Origin: the human T2T-CHM13v2.0 reference genome, Homo sapiens
Assembly: GCF_009914755.1 (NCBI RefSeq)
Contig: NC_060934.1
Strand: one strand, 5' to 3'
DNA: 64,000 nucleotides
The notes under the pieces were generated by a model, which ran no database searches, was not told the DNA's origin, and was given only the letters and a program-made list of their open reading frames with translations. Position numbers and translations under genes: made by a program. How positions within the stretch are numbered: the first letter of the stretch is position 1; each line of letters opens with the position of its first letter. Below are positions 19,567 to 34,771 of the stretch, one piece after another.

Positions 19567-20057
19567 TGGGGAGGGAGGGAGGGAGAGAATGTGGCCTGTG
19601 TTGGGTTAATTGTAAATGTCACTTACTAGTCTAGACCTCACGTCTTTATGGCGGGTAATACATTAACCGAGGCAAATGATTCTTTCCGGTGGGTGAGAAT
19701 TGAAGCTGTGATGGCATTGGGGGATGGGACATGCCAAACGCGTCCCAGTCTTGCCGACTGTCAACAACTCCTGGCAAAGCATCTGTCGAATGGAAATTCT
19801 AGTCTGTGAGAAATGAGACTGTCGCTAATCAGCTGTGTGATCAGGTAAATCCCACCATCACAGGGCCTTGGTTTCCTCCTCTGAAAAATGAACCCTGTCC
19901 ATGAAAATGAGAGAGTCACCATTACCTACAGCTTTGTTGTGATTTCCAGACAACTGAAGGCAATAAACAATGTTGACATTCTGTAGATAGGTGGGTAATC
20001 AAAGCTGTATGACTCTTATGTTTGTGTTATTGATGTTTTAAAGAAATGGTATTTAAG

Positions 20058-20179
20058 TTGGGTGCAGAGGTGCATGCCTGTAATCTCAGCTATTCATGAA
20101 GCTGAGGCTGGAGGTTCACTTGAGCCTAGGAGTCCAAAGCCAGCCTGGGCAACAGAGTGAGACCCTGTCTTAAAAAAAA
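20058..20179 (+). mobile_element. FLAM (Alu monomer)
   Basis: Single Alu arm ending in an A-tail. Confidence 0.8.
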
Positions 20180-21959
20180 TGATGATTAAATACAAGATCA
20201 AAGTGATAGATTTAACAAAATCAGTTGTATAATTCTCATAGGACTGCGTTTGCATACACAAATATCATTTGGAGCAGATAAAGGTCCTAGAGCTGTCAAA
20301 ATATATCATTATTTAAAACACAAGATAGTTCTTTAAAGGGAGGAATAGGACATTTTGTGAATATTCTAGAATTAGTAAAGGGTGAATTGTAAAAGTGGCC
20401 TCAAAAGTTATTTAATACAACCTAGCTTCTACACTGCTTTCTTCTTACAGTGATTACACTTTTCAAAGGAGAGAATGAGAATAAAGAGAATGGAAAAGTG
20501 TTTAGTTGTGATGACTATTCAACACAGCTAATCAAATATTGAGTAAACAAGGAAATGGCTGGCAAATGTGCATATATTATAGGATGAATGACAGGTTTAT
20601 AGCATTAAAGAAATAAACTCATGATTTTTATCAGACTAATAACAGTTAATTTTGTAAATGCACTGAGAACTTGGCAAATATCATGCAAATAAGATCAGAT
20701 TTATAGACTCCCTCTCCAGAAAAACAAGATGGGAAAAGAAGGAAAAGAATAATTATAGTCATTTTTTTCGAGGTATCTTTTTTCTCCGAAGGCTAGTAAA
20801 CCAACGTAATAAATTTTACACAAGAGAATATTTGCAATCTCTGCAAAATAAATAAAATTAAGATCAAAATATTTATGACAAAACATCTAAATTTACCATC
20901 ACACCTTTCAAAGTATCATATGTTAAGGACACGTAACAAATGTTACAACAGCGAAGACTGTAGTACAACAAGATGAAAACCAGAGATAGAATTCAACTCT
21001 TCTTTGGGACATCTCATAGGACAGCCGATGGAAAGAGTTGGGAATTCTGCTCTGAAGAAGAAAGGGGAGCTATCGTTCATATTTAAAATTAAATGAAAGA
21101 ATTCATATAAAGTATTTAGCCCTGTGCCTGGCATATAGCAAGAACTCCTTATGTATTAACTTTATCACATACATTGTTATTATTTATCACACAGGGAAGA
21201 AAAGCATTAAGTTGCATTATAATCAGAAAAAGGACAGCCCCAACCTTTGCAAGATTTGGAGCGAGTGTGCAGAGGGAGGCCCCACACTGTGGGTCCCCAG
21301 GTTTAAGTGTTATTAATCAAGCTCACCAACAATTCAATTAAATATGCTCTACATTCCTATATGTTCTGTCTCTTGGGAAATATAACTTCATAATGACCAA
21401 GAAGGATCGTGACAAATTCAGGATCCCTCAAAATTCTGCACCAGTTAATTGGCCATATCGGGAAAGTCTCCTCCTGCCCCTTTCAAGGACAGAACCTAGG
21501 GAGATGTCTACACAGGCTTGAGGCTGTTTAGGTATGGAATTCCGAGGTCCTGGGGAGTAGTTTAGGAACAGAGACGACCTCTTGGCTTCACAGGAAGGAG
21601 TGTGGTTTGAGAAAGGCCAAAGGGAGGATTCTAAGTGAGGGGCTGGGCGGAACCCCTCTTGCTTGGGTCTAAGGTTTAGGACATGGAATGAACAATTTTC
21701 CAATTAAATAAGTTGTGAGTTGGATTTGTGTTTAGGTATCTTGAAGTCTCAACTTTACTAATAATTTTGGATTGACCACAGAAAAGAGCACTCTCCTGTG
21801 ACCAGCTAGGCTTATCTTCTCTGGAGCTCCATTTCCTTTGCTGCAAAATGAGGGGATCTGACTTGATAACCTCTACCACCCCTCCCTACTCTAAAATTCT
21901 TGATCCATGGAGTCTGTCATTATAAGGAAAACAAAAGAACATAACAAATCATTAGTTGT

Positions 21960-22072
21960 CAATGGAATATTACTGAGCAATGAAAAATGAGTTCTCAAGC
22001 CACAGAAAGAAAAGAAGAACCCTTAAATGCATATTCTTAAGTGAAAGAAGCCTATCTGAAAAGGCTACAACC
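21960..22072 (+). mobile_element. Old L1M 3' fragment
   Basis: aatggaatattac...aagtgaaagaagcctatctgaaaaggctac. Confidence 0.65.
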
Positions 22073-22792
22073 TGAATAGTCTCCCTCTTGTCTGGTTTCT
22101 CCATCTCTGGCTCAAGCATTTCCCATGATTCTCATCCCTTACACTCTGCAGTCATAATGAGCTTCCATCTTCTGAAAACTCTTTCTGGAAGATTTCTGTA
22201 TCACCACTGAATCTGCCTATCCACCACTCACTCCTTCACACTGTATTGTCTGTTCCTCCTCCATGACACATTCCACACTCAGTTTTTGATTGTCAACTCT
22301 TCACCACATTAAATATATGATCCTTTCTCTCTTGAAATTCTTTCCTCTCCTGTCCTCCGATACTCCTAACTCCTCTGTTCCTCTTCTTACCACCCCAAGG
22401 GATCCTCCCTATCACCTTTCCCCCCTGCTCTTCCTCCTACTTTGTAAAAGAGGGCTTTTCTGTGGTTTAGCACTTGAATTTCTGCAGTACGTTGATTCTG
22501 ACGCTCATATATTCCCACAGTTTCCCCTGAAGAGTCCCATGCGTGTCACCTCCTCAGGATGGGAACTGTAATCACCTCAAATACAACGTAATGTTGGGTC
22601 TAATAAGGAAACTCCACTCTGCTCCACTTTAGGAAGAAATCGTTGCTAGGAACAACACATATTAAACTGCTCTATGCTATTTATCAGATATTTCTCTAAG
22701 ACTGGTGGTGGAGAAGAGGTTCCTGAAATGACAGAAGTTTTAAGGGGGAGAGACAAGGAGATGGAGAAGAACGATTTTGCCATCAAGGATCA

Positions 22793-23092
<300 letters not shown>

Positions 23093-23565
23093 CTACAGTG
23101 GGTACAAGATCATGTGAACTCTGGGATGAAGGGGAAAATAATGAAACAGGAGGTCAGAGAGGGGTGGGAAGAGGGTTTGTCAAAGATAGACTTCTCCTCT
23201 GCAGTTCTATTCGGGACCAGCCTTCCTGGCACCTGAGTTAGCCAGTATGATCTACAGTCAGACCATTTATCTTTCTTTTTCTCTTCCGCTCCCCCCTGTG
23301 CCCAGCCCCTGAACATTATCTAGCACTCTACGGGCAAATGAAACAAAAGAAAAGAGCGAAACATGCATTTGGTATCAAGGAATGTATTATTTACATAGAC
23401 AAGGTATTATTTAAACAGAACATATGAAAGAAGTCACAGAAGACACCCAGCAGTACAGGAGCAAAATCATCTTTCTGGGTCACGTAAGCTGAGAAGCCTG
23501 AGCGTCTGAATGACAAGTAGGATTTAGTGTATCTGAGCGTGATTTATAGAGTAGGTAGTTTGTCA

Positions 23566-23944
<379 letters not shown>

Positions 23945-24156
23945 TCACAGAAGGCATGCACTTTCCTGAGGCACTCTCTTGAAGGAGATGTCAAATGCTC
24001 ATGTCTTCTGGGAAGCTGGTGACAATACTTTTGGGACTTTGTGAGAATGGCTGACAAAGGAATGGGCAGATAATATGGGCCATGAGCCTGGAAGAATATT
24101 ACAGAGTCACATCAAGATGAGAACAGATCTGTGAGCTTAAAAAGTGGGCGTGTAGG

Positions 24157-24548
<392 letters not shown>

Positions 24549-24660
24549 TCATTGCCCGTTATTTCCTGTGTATTTGGACGAGAAAACTGTAAGGAAACAT
24601 TGTGAGTGCAACATTAATTTCCCATAAATTACTGTGTGAAAATAAATAACATTTAAAAGG

Positions 24661-25513
24661 TGTTAGAATTCCTAAAATGCGTTTTACGCCTTGAGAGAGA
24701 TGCGACTGTGATCTGAGTCACATATGGTTACAACTTCTGTTTCTCAGATTATAGATTAACTTGCTTCCTTTTTTCTCTTGTTCTGTACAATGACTAGAGA
24801 GAATTAAACAATTGTCAGGGACAAACACTTCCTGACTTCTTTTATTCTTTTTTTCTTTTTGAGACGGAGTTTCACTGTTTCGCCCATGCTGGAGTGCAGT
24901 GGTGTGGTCTCAGCTCACTGCAACCTCCGCCCCATGGGTTCAAGTGATTATCCTGCCTCAGCCTCCTGAGTAGCTGGGATTATAGGTGCCCACCACCCCG
25001 CCTGGCTAATTTTTGTATTTTTAGTGGAGACAGAGTTTCGCCATGTTGGCCAGGCTGGTCTCAAACTCCTGACCCCAAGGTGATCCACCCGCTTCAGCCT
25101 CCAAAGTGCTGGGATTACAGGTGTGAGCCACCGTGCCTGGCCGCCTCCTGCCTTTTTAATTAATGAATCTTGTTAAAGATTACCTTTTCCTTTTTTTGTC
25201 CTATTTTCCTTAGACCAGATGACAGAAAACCCATGACTATAGCACACTCTGTAAAAGATGTTAAATGTCCCTTTCCCAAAAAGAAACACTGCCTGTAACC
25301 AAGTTCCTGGAACTATGCACCAGCCTTGTATGAAAAAATGTAATCCTGCTAAAAATGCCTCTGTCTCTCCCTATGGAAACCCTAAAGTTCCCTCCTTTAC
25401 AACTCTGACTTCATTCTTTTGGGGTGTTTCCAGGTGGGCCATCCTCAAACTTTGAGTTTGAATAAATTCTCTTTAAATTAGATTCTGGCCTTTTTGATTA
25501 TTTCAGGTTGACA
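24661..25513 (+). mobile_element. ERV1 (MER4-group-like) solo LTR interrupted by an Alu
   Basis: TG...CA ends, AATAAA near 25461, terminal ...tttcaggttgaca; subfamily uncertain. Confidence 0.65.
24840..25143 (-). mobile_element. AluS nested in the LTR
   Basis: Reverse Alu dimer. Confidence 0.93.
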
Positions 25514-28165
25514 GCTGTAAATCGACTCATTTTTGTAAATTTGCTATAAAATCTAACATTTGCCAAATCACAGTTTGGTTACATAGCAGGGGAACCTGCA
25601 GAATGTCTGAGTGATCCCCAGTTTCTGAAATAACAACGTGTAAGCGTTCTCAGGATCAGAACGCCGCCAGAGGACGTTAAAGAAAAGAGGCTTATCTGTC
25701 ACTACAGATGGGGGCAGCATGAAAAGTTAATTCTTGTCTTAGTGCAGGGACACGTCTTTGGAAGGATGTGGTTTCCGTGGGTTTTCTTTTCTTTGCTACA
25801 ATTGTGGTAATTTCCAGGGCTCCTAGCTCAACTGAAAGGTTCATGGATTGCAGCATTTTTGAGAGCTTCAGATGAAGCAGTTTCTGAATAAAATGCTTGA
25901 AATTAAAAACTTTCTTAGATGGATTTTGCCTTAAAACTATGGAAATACCAGGATGACATACTTTTTAAAAAGTATCAAGTTCAAGGAGTTTTTCTTTTTA
26001 ATTTTAAATGATAATAATATCTTGTAGTTAGTATGGTACTTTCTCCAAAAAAGATCCAAACTTCTCTGCAAGTGCTATTATTGTTATTATTATTATTTTT
26101 CACGTTATCCTTAGGAAGCAAAAAAGGAGAACCAGTGTCACAAAGAAATGTTAGGTGACTTGTTCAAAGTAACTCACACACTCATGCCCTGAAGCCATAA
26201 CCGGAAGTAGAGCTTTGTGTGTTCTATGAATAGAAAGTGAAACTCAGTTTTCTTTTTCATAAAAGAAAAATTTCAAAGTGATATTGACCAAGAATGTTCA
26301 ACTGGTGCATATTGGGAGTGTGGGAGTCAAGGGCAGTGATGTGAATCCAGGAACACTAGCGTTCTGCCTCTTGGCATCACCCTGGGAGGCCTCTCTTCAG
26401 AGGCCTGCAAAACCACGGCGGCCTGCCCTCAAATCCAACCTGAGGGAACGACCCAGAGACAGAGCTGTTCCTATAGGATCTAGAGCTACTTAGGTGTGAA
26501 ATAGTAACACTACTTAAATGTCAGAATACAGATCGGCCTTTCAGAATTCAAAGGAGACACAGAGGAAGGTAGACTTTAGTTCACTTTTAATTTTTAAGGG
26601 AAAATTATTTCCTTGAAATTAAAAAGAAATAGCATCCTTACTGTGTTAGATGCATCTTTCCTTTCCAAACAAATTTTAGAAATAAATCCTCTTATTTTTC
26701 CACAGTTTTATCAGAGATAGAACACAGAAACTTTGGATACTTGAGTTATTAATCTTTCTTTTACTGCAGCATAACTAAAAAGAGGGAAACTGTTTCAGTG
26801 TTTATTTTTCCCTGTGTTTCAAAGTTTTATGGTTAATTATTTTTTTCTAATTGTTTTAAATCTACTTGTAAGTGGATAGTTAAAAGATTTATGACAACTC
26901 TTCTTGTAGACAAATTTTATTGTGGATTTTCCTATTTTTTTACTTTTTAAAATGTAAGTAATGGAAACTGTTAAAAATCTAAGTTGGAAATCTAGTAGTG
27001 CAAAAGTTGGCTGGCATCCGCACTGAAGGGGGTACTGAGAAGGGATCGTGCAATTTCAAGCCCTGCAGACTTTGTAAGACAGAAAATGTAAATATTAACA
27101 ACAAAGAAATGTTAGAAAAAAAGTAAAAGAAAGAAGAGCTAGCCCTTCTTTCCTCTTGCCAAGACAGCAGCCTCTCAGAATGCTGATCTACGTTAGACCC
27201 TGAGCCAGTAATTTATGCCAGAGCCTGGATGATGTACAAAGTCATTTTGATCTAGCACACAGAAAATTCATTGTGAAGATTCTTTTGATTTGAGCCTCAT
27301 TCAGATTCAGGTTCAGATTTCATGAATTATCCTGTACATCTATGTCCCCAGACGGTGCCGTCCCATTAGGGCCCCTGGTTTTACAGCTCCCAGCCCCTCT
27401 GCCTGTAACTCTTACTCTCTGTCCTGGGCAGGGGTAAAGTGGGTGCCTCAGAGCCCTGTTGATAAACGGCAGAGCTGGGCTTGAACTTCGGAATCCAAGT
27501 CCACAGGAATTTTCACATTTTGTAGCTTCCTAAATGGCTTTATCATATTTTCACCCTTCCATAGGTGATATATCCCTCATCTAGGAACTTTAAAAACTTT
27601 AACAATTTAATCCAAATGACCCTAATTAATAACAAGTGAATACCTGTCCTCAGAATCTCCTGAATAATCTGGTATTCAACAGGTGCGCTCTTTGGAGGCA
27701 GAGAGCAGATGAATAACTTCCTTTAAAAAATAACAATGCCCTGGAGAAGTACATAGTTAATTTATCTTATCTGATGTCTACACTAGTATACACAGGTAAC
27801 TGTCCTCCCAAGAAAGGTCATTCCCAACATGTTCCCAGAACAAAGCATTATCCATATCACGTATCAATCGTTGCCTTTTGCATTCACTTGTGGTATTTAA
27901 TCAGTTACTTTGACAAGCAAGGTTTGAATAATTAAGACATCTCAAAAACAACAACTCGGGGTGTTGGAAAAGGTGATTCAAGCTTCTTCCTTTGTTTCTT
28001 TCCTCTTTCTAAAAGGACTCAGTTCCTTGAGATCTGAGTCTTGAGCCAGTCAGATTTACATTTCATGTAAACATTCTCTGCTGAAGTTTTTTTTTCTCTC
28101 CCAGCACCAATGCTGTGGATGCACTTGTGGCTCAGGTCTTGGTAAAGCATCCCAGCTGCACGGAA

Positions 28166-28294
28166 CTCATTTATGCCTAGTGTTCCATTATTGGAACGCT
28201 AAGCATGTGGGAGTTATTTATATCCTACTGCTCAAGGTCATCACCAAGGTCTGATTTCAAAATTCAAAAAGTTGCAACCTCAGGCATAAATGGG
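28166..28294. mobile_element. MER85 (piggyBac PGBD3-derived MITE)
   Basis: TIRs ctcatttatgcct / aggcataaatggg, TTAA on the right (28295-28298), internal palindrome GTTCCATTATTGGAAC. Confidence 0.92.
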
Positions 28295-28954
28295 TTAAGG
28301 AGATCTCTCATAAGAGGGACAGAAACAAATGCTGCCTGAAGCTGTGATGGACAGGCAAGAGAAAGGAGCATACCTATCTTCTACAAAGTGGGATTCCCAA
28401 TAGCCTTCCCCGTAAGACATGAAAACTGTCATACATGCAAATCAAAAAAAAAAAAAAAAAATGGGGAAAAGGCACCAAGAGAAGCACAACTGCCTAAGTG
28501 CCCAGAAGCCCAGTCTAAAGTGTGTTTATAGTAACATACACAGAAAGATATAATAAAAATAAAATCAGTTATAATCCTACCTCCCAATTAACAACTGTTA
28601 GTTTTTCATTATTTTTCATGCTTATACATGCAAATGTTCTTGCTTAAAAGGAAATACTATATATTCTCACTTATGATTTCATAAACAACATTCTGTATTG
28701 ATGTTTAAGCATTTACATCATCATTTAAAATGGTTATATAGTATTATTTTCTCTGACCATATAATAATTTATTCAATAAATCTGTCATTGGGTATTTGTG
28801 TTGTTTCCAATTTTTCGCTACTATGAAAGCTTTACAGTAAAAATCTTTATTTATGGCAAAAAAGAAAAAATGTGTTTAGCAGTTTGCTACAAGCCTCAAA
28901 ATACTGCAAAGGGAAAAGATTACAGGGAGCCCCAGCATGTGCAGAAAATCTAGA

Positions 28955-29084
28955 CAACAGTACGGAGAGGGTGGCAGAGTTTGTCTCCTTGCCTGCAGGT
29001 GACATACCTTCACCCTCCCAACAGCATGGAGAGGGTGGCAGAGTTTGTCCCTTTGCCTGCAGGTGACATACCTTCACCCTCCCA
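28955..29084. repeat. 64-bp tandem duplication (2 copies, about 4 mismatches)
   Basis: caacag...ggagagggtggcagagtttgtc...caggtgacataccttcaccctcc occurs twice. Confidence 0.95.
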
Positions 29085-29716
29085 GGCCAATGGGTATTTA
29101 TCATCTCCAGGAGGGAGTTTCTAGTACAAAATCTCTTCTAGCCTTCATCATGGGAAGTTCCAGCCTGCTCCCTGCAGCAGGAAGCGGGCCTGCATTCTCC
29201 TAAATAGTTGACCAGGACACCTCACTCTTTTCTACTTCCTCTCCTGCAGCCACACCTTTCATGCCCAAGGCCCTTTCTGCCCATTCAAATTCCTCTTTCT
29301 AGTTTCTCTCAGCTCTGGTACTTTGTGTCTGCCTTCTGATCTAATATTACTCATACTGTTAGAAATGCAGCCTTGACTCTTATTAGAGTGTGAAGTTCTC
29401 AAGGTCGGGAGCTGTATTATATACTTCTGTATCCTCCACAGTGCTTTGAGCACAGCATATGCTCAGTAAGTGCTTTGCCATGGTCTGGCTTCTCTTTATC
29501 TTAGGTAAGTGCATTTATTCATTGATTTGGTTATTGCACATATGCTGAGAATCTACTGGGAACTGCAGAGGTGGTGATGGATGCCCCAGTTGCCATCCAC
29601 TTTCCTCATTCATTCCCTGGTTCCCTCATTAATTCTTCCCATGGCTCAAGTCTCCTTAGAAGTTTTCCCTCATTCACTCTCCAGTCGTCATGGCTTGAGA
29701 TAGAAAATGGGAAAAG

Positions 29717-30216
<500 letters not shown>

Positions 30217-30942
30217 TTAGTGTTATTTAAATCAGAACAAAAAATTAGAGATGTTCTAGTTAAATCACGTTGTAGAATATCCAAAGACGTAAGAAAATGT
30301 TCAAAATAGAGTGTAACAAATGCAGAGTACAGTGCAGTAGGTATTTACAGTGGGTTGCTATTTTTGTTTTTAGAAGTCCACTGCAGAGAGAATCTATAGA
30401 AGGAGAAACTTCAAAGTATTAATGGCGAGTATATCTTAAGTGGTGGGATTATAAGTGATTTTCTTCTTTGAGTTTATAAAAATTTTCTACAATGATCCTG
30501 AATAATTTTGAGTCAGGAAAGAAAAGGATAATTTTTGTTTTTTTAAGGAAAAAGGAGACCAGGATGCAAGTCCTCCCAGAACGGCACAGCCTTCTGGCAA
30601 ATTCAGCATAAGGAAAGGGTCCCAACGCCGAGTGGGAATGCAGACGCATCCAACCTCCACCTCCCAGCTCAGGGGCTTGCTCACTGATGAGCCCACTCCA
30701 AGGCTGCTTTTTCTGCCAGCCTTGAAGAGAAAAATAATAGTGTACGTGCGTTCTGATCTATTTTCCAACTTTTATCTCTTCCAGTACATGCAGGGTAGAT
30801 GAACAAACACTTGTTACATTTTCCCCTAAGTCACGGACTGCTGAGAAGCCTGGTTGTTATGCTAAATGAAACCAAATTCTAAAAAACAGGAAAACAGACA
30901 AACAAATCTAGAAGTAAAGATCTTTCCCAATTGATGACACTA

Positions 30943-31296
<354 letters not shown>

Positions 31297-31765
31297 CTAG
31301 AAGGAGAGGGAAGAAGTAACTTTATTTTAGAATTTGGATTCCCATTTCTTAAAAAAGAGACAGAGTCCTGAGAGACACCTGTGTTGGGTGGGAAAAGGGG
31401 TTCCTTCTCCAACCCCCATCCATCCTGCATAGGCCATTCCTGAGACAAAATGGAGCACTTCTCTGGTTTCGGACATGACATCACTATTTCATACTATCTT
31501 TGTACTCTTTCCAAGGGTTCACAAAATTATTAAGCAATTGAATGGATTTTTAAAAGTGTGCCCTGCCTGCTCAGGGATCTGAGTGAAGGTACAATAAAAA
31601 TCCAGAGAGATAAAGTGCACAGTGAAGAAAGAAGAGTTGAGTGTGGAGAGGAGAAACTGTACTCGAAACATCACTGCAAGTGCACATAAATCCTAGCTTT
31701 ACGTTTTACCCAGTTTTTCCAGGCCAAAAGAAGAATGGAGGGATATAGTTCTCCTTGTGTACTTA

Positions 31766-32103
<338 letters not shown>

Positions 32104-32145
32104 GTAAACACCATTTTCTCTGACAACACAGCAATGAATTATTCA

Positions 32146-32558
32146 TAGCAGAATGTATGGCATGTAGTAGGTCCTAAAATGTGACTGACACTGGGTTCAA
32201 AGGATAACTTGCTCAGATTCTTCGAGCTACTAGGGAAAGATTTAACTCCGAAGTTTACTTTCCCACTTGATTTCGTGGCTCTCGTATCAAAGGACACCAA
32301 AATGGGAATGAAACATTTTAGGACCTACTGTGTGTCATACACTCTGCTACCTACTTTACACTTACGACCTAATTGTATTATCTAATTTAATTCTTAGCTC
32401 ATCACACTCTGCAAGACAGAAGTTAACAACATCAACAACAAACACTGAGTTCAAAGAATAACTTGCTCAGATTCTTGGAGCTATGAGGGAAGATTTAACT
32501 CCAAAATCTACTTTTCCCACTTGATTTTGTGGCTCTTATATCAAAGGACACCAGATGG
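32146..32558. repeat. MIR-derived segment with a local direct duplication (~115 bp) and an inverted duplication (37 bp)
   Basis: 32188-32305 matches 32442-32558; 32146-32182 is the reverse complement of 32313-32349. Confidence 0.88.
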
Positions 32559-34447
32559 CATATGATGGAGGGTTTCAACAATTTTAGTTTTTGCAAATGA
32601 TGCAGCAACACACTGTTGGCAATGGTAAGGGCATGGCATTTGGATACAGAAAATTCTAGCTCTAGTTTTATTTCACAGACATTTATTAGCTGTGGAAATG
32701 TGGGCAGATGAATTAGCCCCTCTGGGCTTCAGTTTCCAATTACTACTGCATTCTCTAACTTACAGGACTGTTGTGAAAGTCAGGTAAGATGAGACCTGGG
32801 AAAGTAGACTCTAAAATGATCTCTGAATCACAGTTGCTAAAATTCAGTCATTTGTCATTTGTTTCTGTTATTGACTTTTGGGAAAGGCCGAAGTCAATGA
32901 TGTGACAACAGCCCTGAACATGTAAGTGTCTAGGTTTAAAAGCGACGGAGCAGGTTCGTAGCTTGAAGGTAGCTGACTTGATAGAAGGGAAGGGATGAAA
33001 CTTAGATGGGAATTCAGGCAAATGAATGATGCTCACATCCCCAGAGAACACACAATTTGTTTTCTTAGGCTTAAAAGTTGTTTGAGAACAAGGGTATAGA
33101 GGTCTTGGTGAGGAAACATACTTTCCACATAAAGCCAGAAGAGAGAGAAAAGACAAGTTTTGGAGTATTCTCAGTGTTGTGAGAAAGAGAAACAGCCATC
33201 CTGTCTTGCTTTGATATCTCCCCCTCCTCTCCTCTCCGTGTATAGGGACCCAGGGTCCTGATGAAAAGAAGTAGACAGCTTTGGACTTGGAGTGGGGGAA
33301 ACCTGGGGCTCCCAGCTGCACCTTGGGATACCGACTAAGGCTTGTAGGTTTAACTTAATGTCTTCCTTATTAACCTTATTCAAATGTGGAAATCCACATG
33401 GGAACAAAGAAAGATAAACATTTCATTAACAATTAAAAGTCCTCTTTTAGTAATTGCTTCTTTCAGTAAAACACCCTAAAACCAGCCATAAACTAAGAAG
33501 CCAAAAAGACAATTTCCATCTATATAATGTGCTTTCAATTTTTGGTAACAGGTTATAATTGCACATTAATTGCTGCTAAATTACAATGAAGACTGGCTGT
33601 AACATTGCCTATTATGCTCAGATTAGCACCAAATGAGCCTACTGTGGTTCATATTATTGTGGAACTGAACAAAAAGAATTCATGAATATCAGCTACCATG
33701 TGCTGGACAGAGTCGATTCTGCTGAAAGGCAAGGCATCAGTGTTTAAATCCAAACCCCAAATGGAGCTCAATATTATTCAGCTGTGGTGACCGCTCAGTT
33801 GCATTTTAGTTTGTTTAATATTAAATAAACTGGGTAAGACATCCTGCCAAAGTCTGGTGAGCAGTTGTGGTGTATAATGCTGCCTTTGGCTGCACAGATT
33901 CATAGAACAGTCATCTCTGATTAAAATTTTCCTGGGAGTCCCATCCAAGAATGTAAAACAAATAGGAGCCCCGTTAATACATGAGATACCCTTAATATCA
34001 AAAATTACCTAAAAGCCTATATTCCATATCATCCCTCCTTAAATCACCAGCTTGAAAATTTTCTGCAGTCACCGGTAGTTGGTTATAATTTCTTAAATTA
34101 TCTCTTCTTCCTTCTTCTCACCTCCCCTTTTTTTTTTTTTTGCTCCTCCTCTCCCTCTTTCCTTCGTCTCCTTGTCATCTGTGAGTGATGGAGACAACCC
34201 CCCACCTGCATGTATGGCAGGAAGAATTTAGAGGAGGGACTTTCTCCACAATTTTTTTCCAGGACTCTCAAGCTACAGTTTTCTTATGGGCTGAATTGTG
34301 TCTATACTGAAGTTCCAATCCCCAGGACCTTGGAAAGTGACTGTATTTGGAGACAGGACCTTCAAAGAGGTAATTAAGGTTAGATGAGGTTATTAAGGCA
34401 GGTCCTAATCCAATATGACTGGTGTTTTCACAAGAAGAGAAAATTTA

Positions 34448-34566
34448 AGCAGAGTGTGGTGGCACAACTGTAATCCCAGCTACTAGGGAGCTGAGACAGG
34501 AGGATCACTTGGGTTCGGGAGGTCAAGACCAGCCTGGGCAACACAGTGAGACGTCATCTCAAAAAA
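34448..34566 (+). mobile_element. FLAM/Alu monomer nested in MLT1
   Basis: Single Alu arm plus A-tail. Confidence 0.8.
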
Positions 34567-34771
34567 GGAGAACACTTGGATGCAGACATGCACAGGAGGA
34601 AGATGATATGAAGGCATGGAGAGAGGGCGACCATTGCAAAGCATGGAGAGGGGCCTGGGAAGAAACAAGCCAGACAACACCTTGATGGTGAACTTCCATC
34701 CTCCAGACCTGCGAGAACATGAATTTCTGCTGTTTAAGCCAGCCAGTATGTGAGATTTTGTTATAGCAGCC

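Noticed and set aside
19158-19629. ER-repeat and SL-repeat ORFs
   Set aside because: These are translations of the (GA)n microsatellite.
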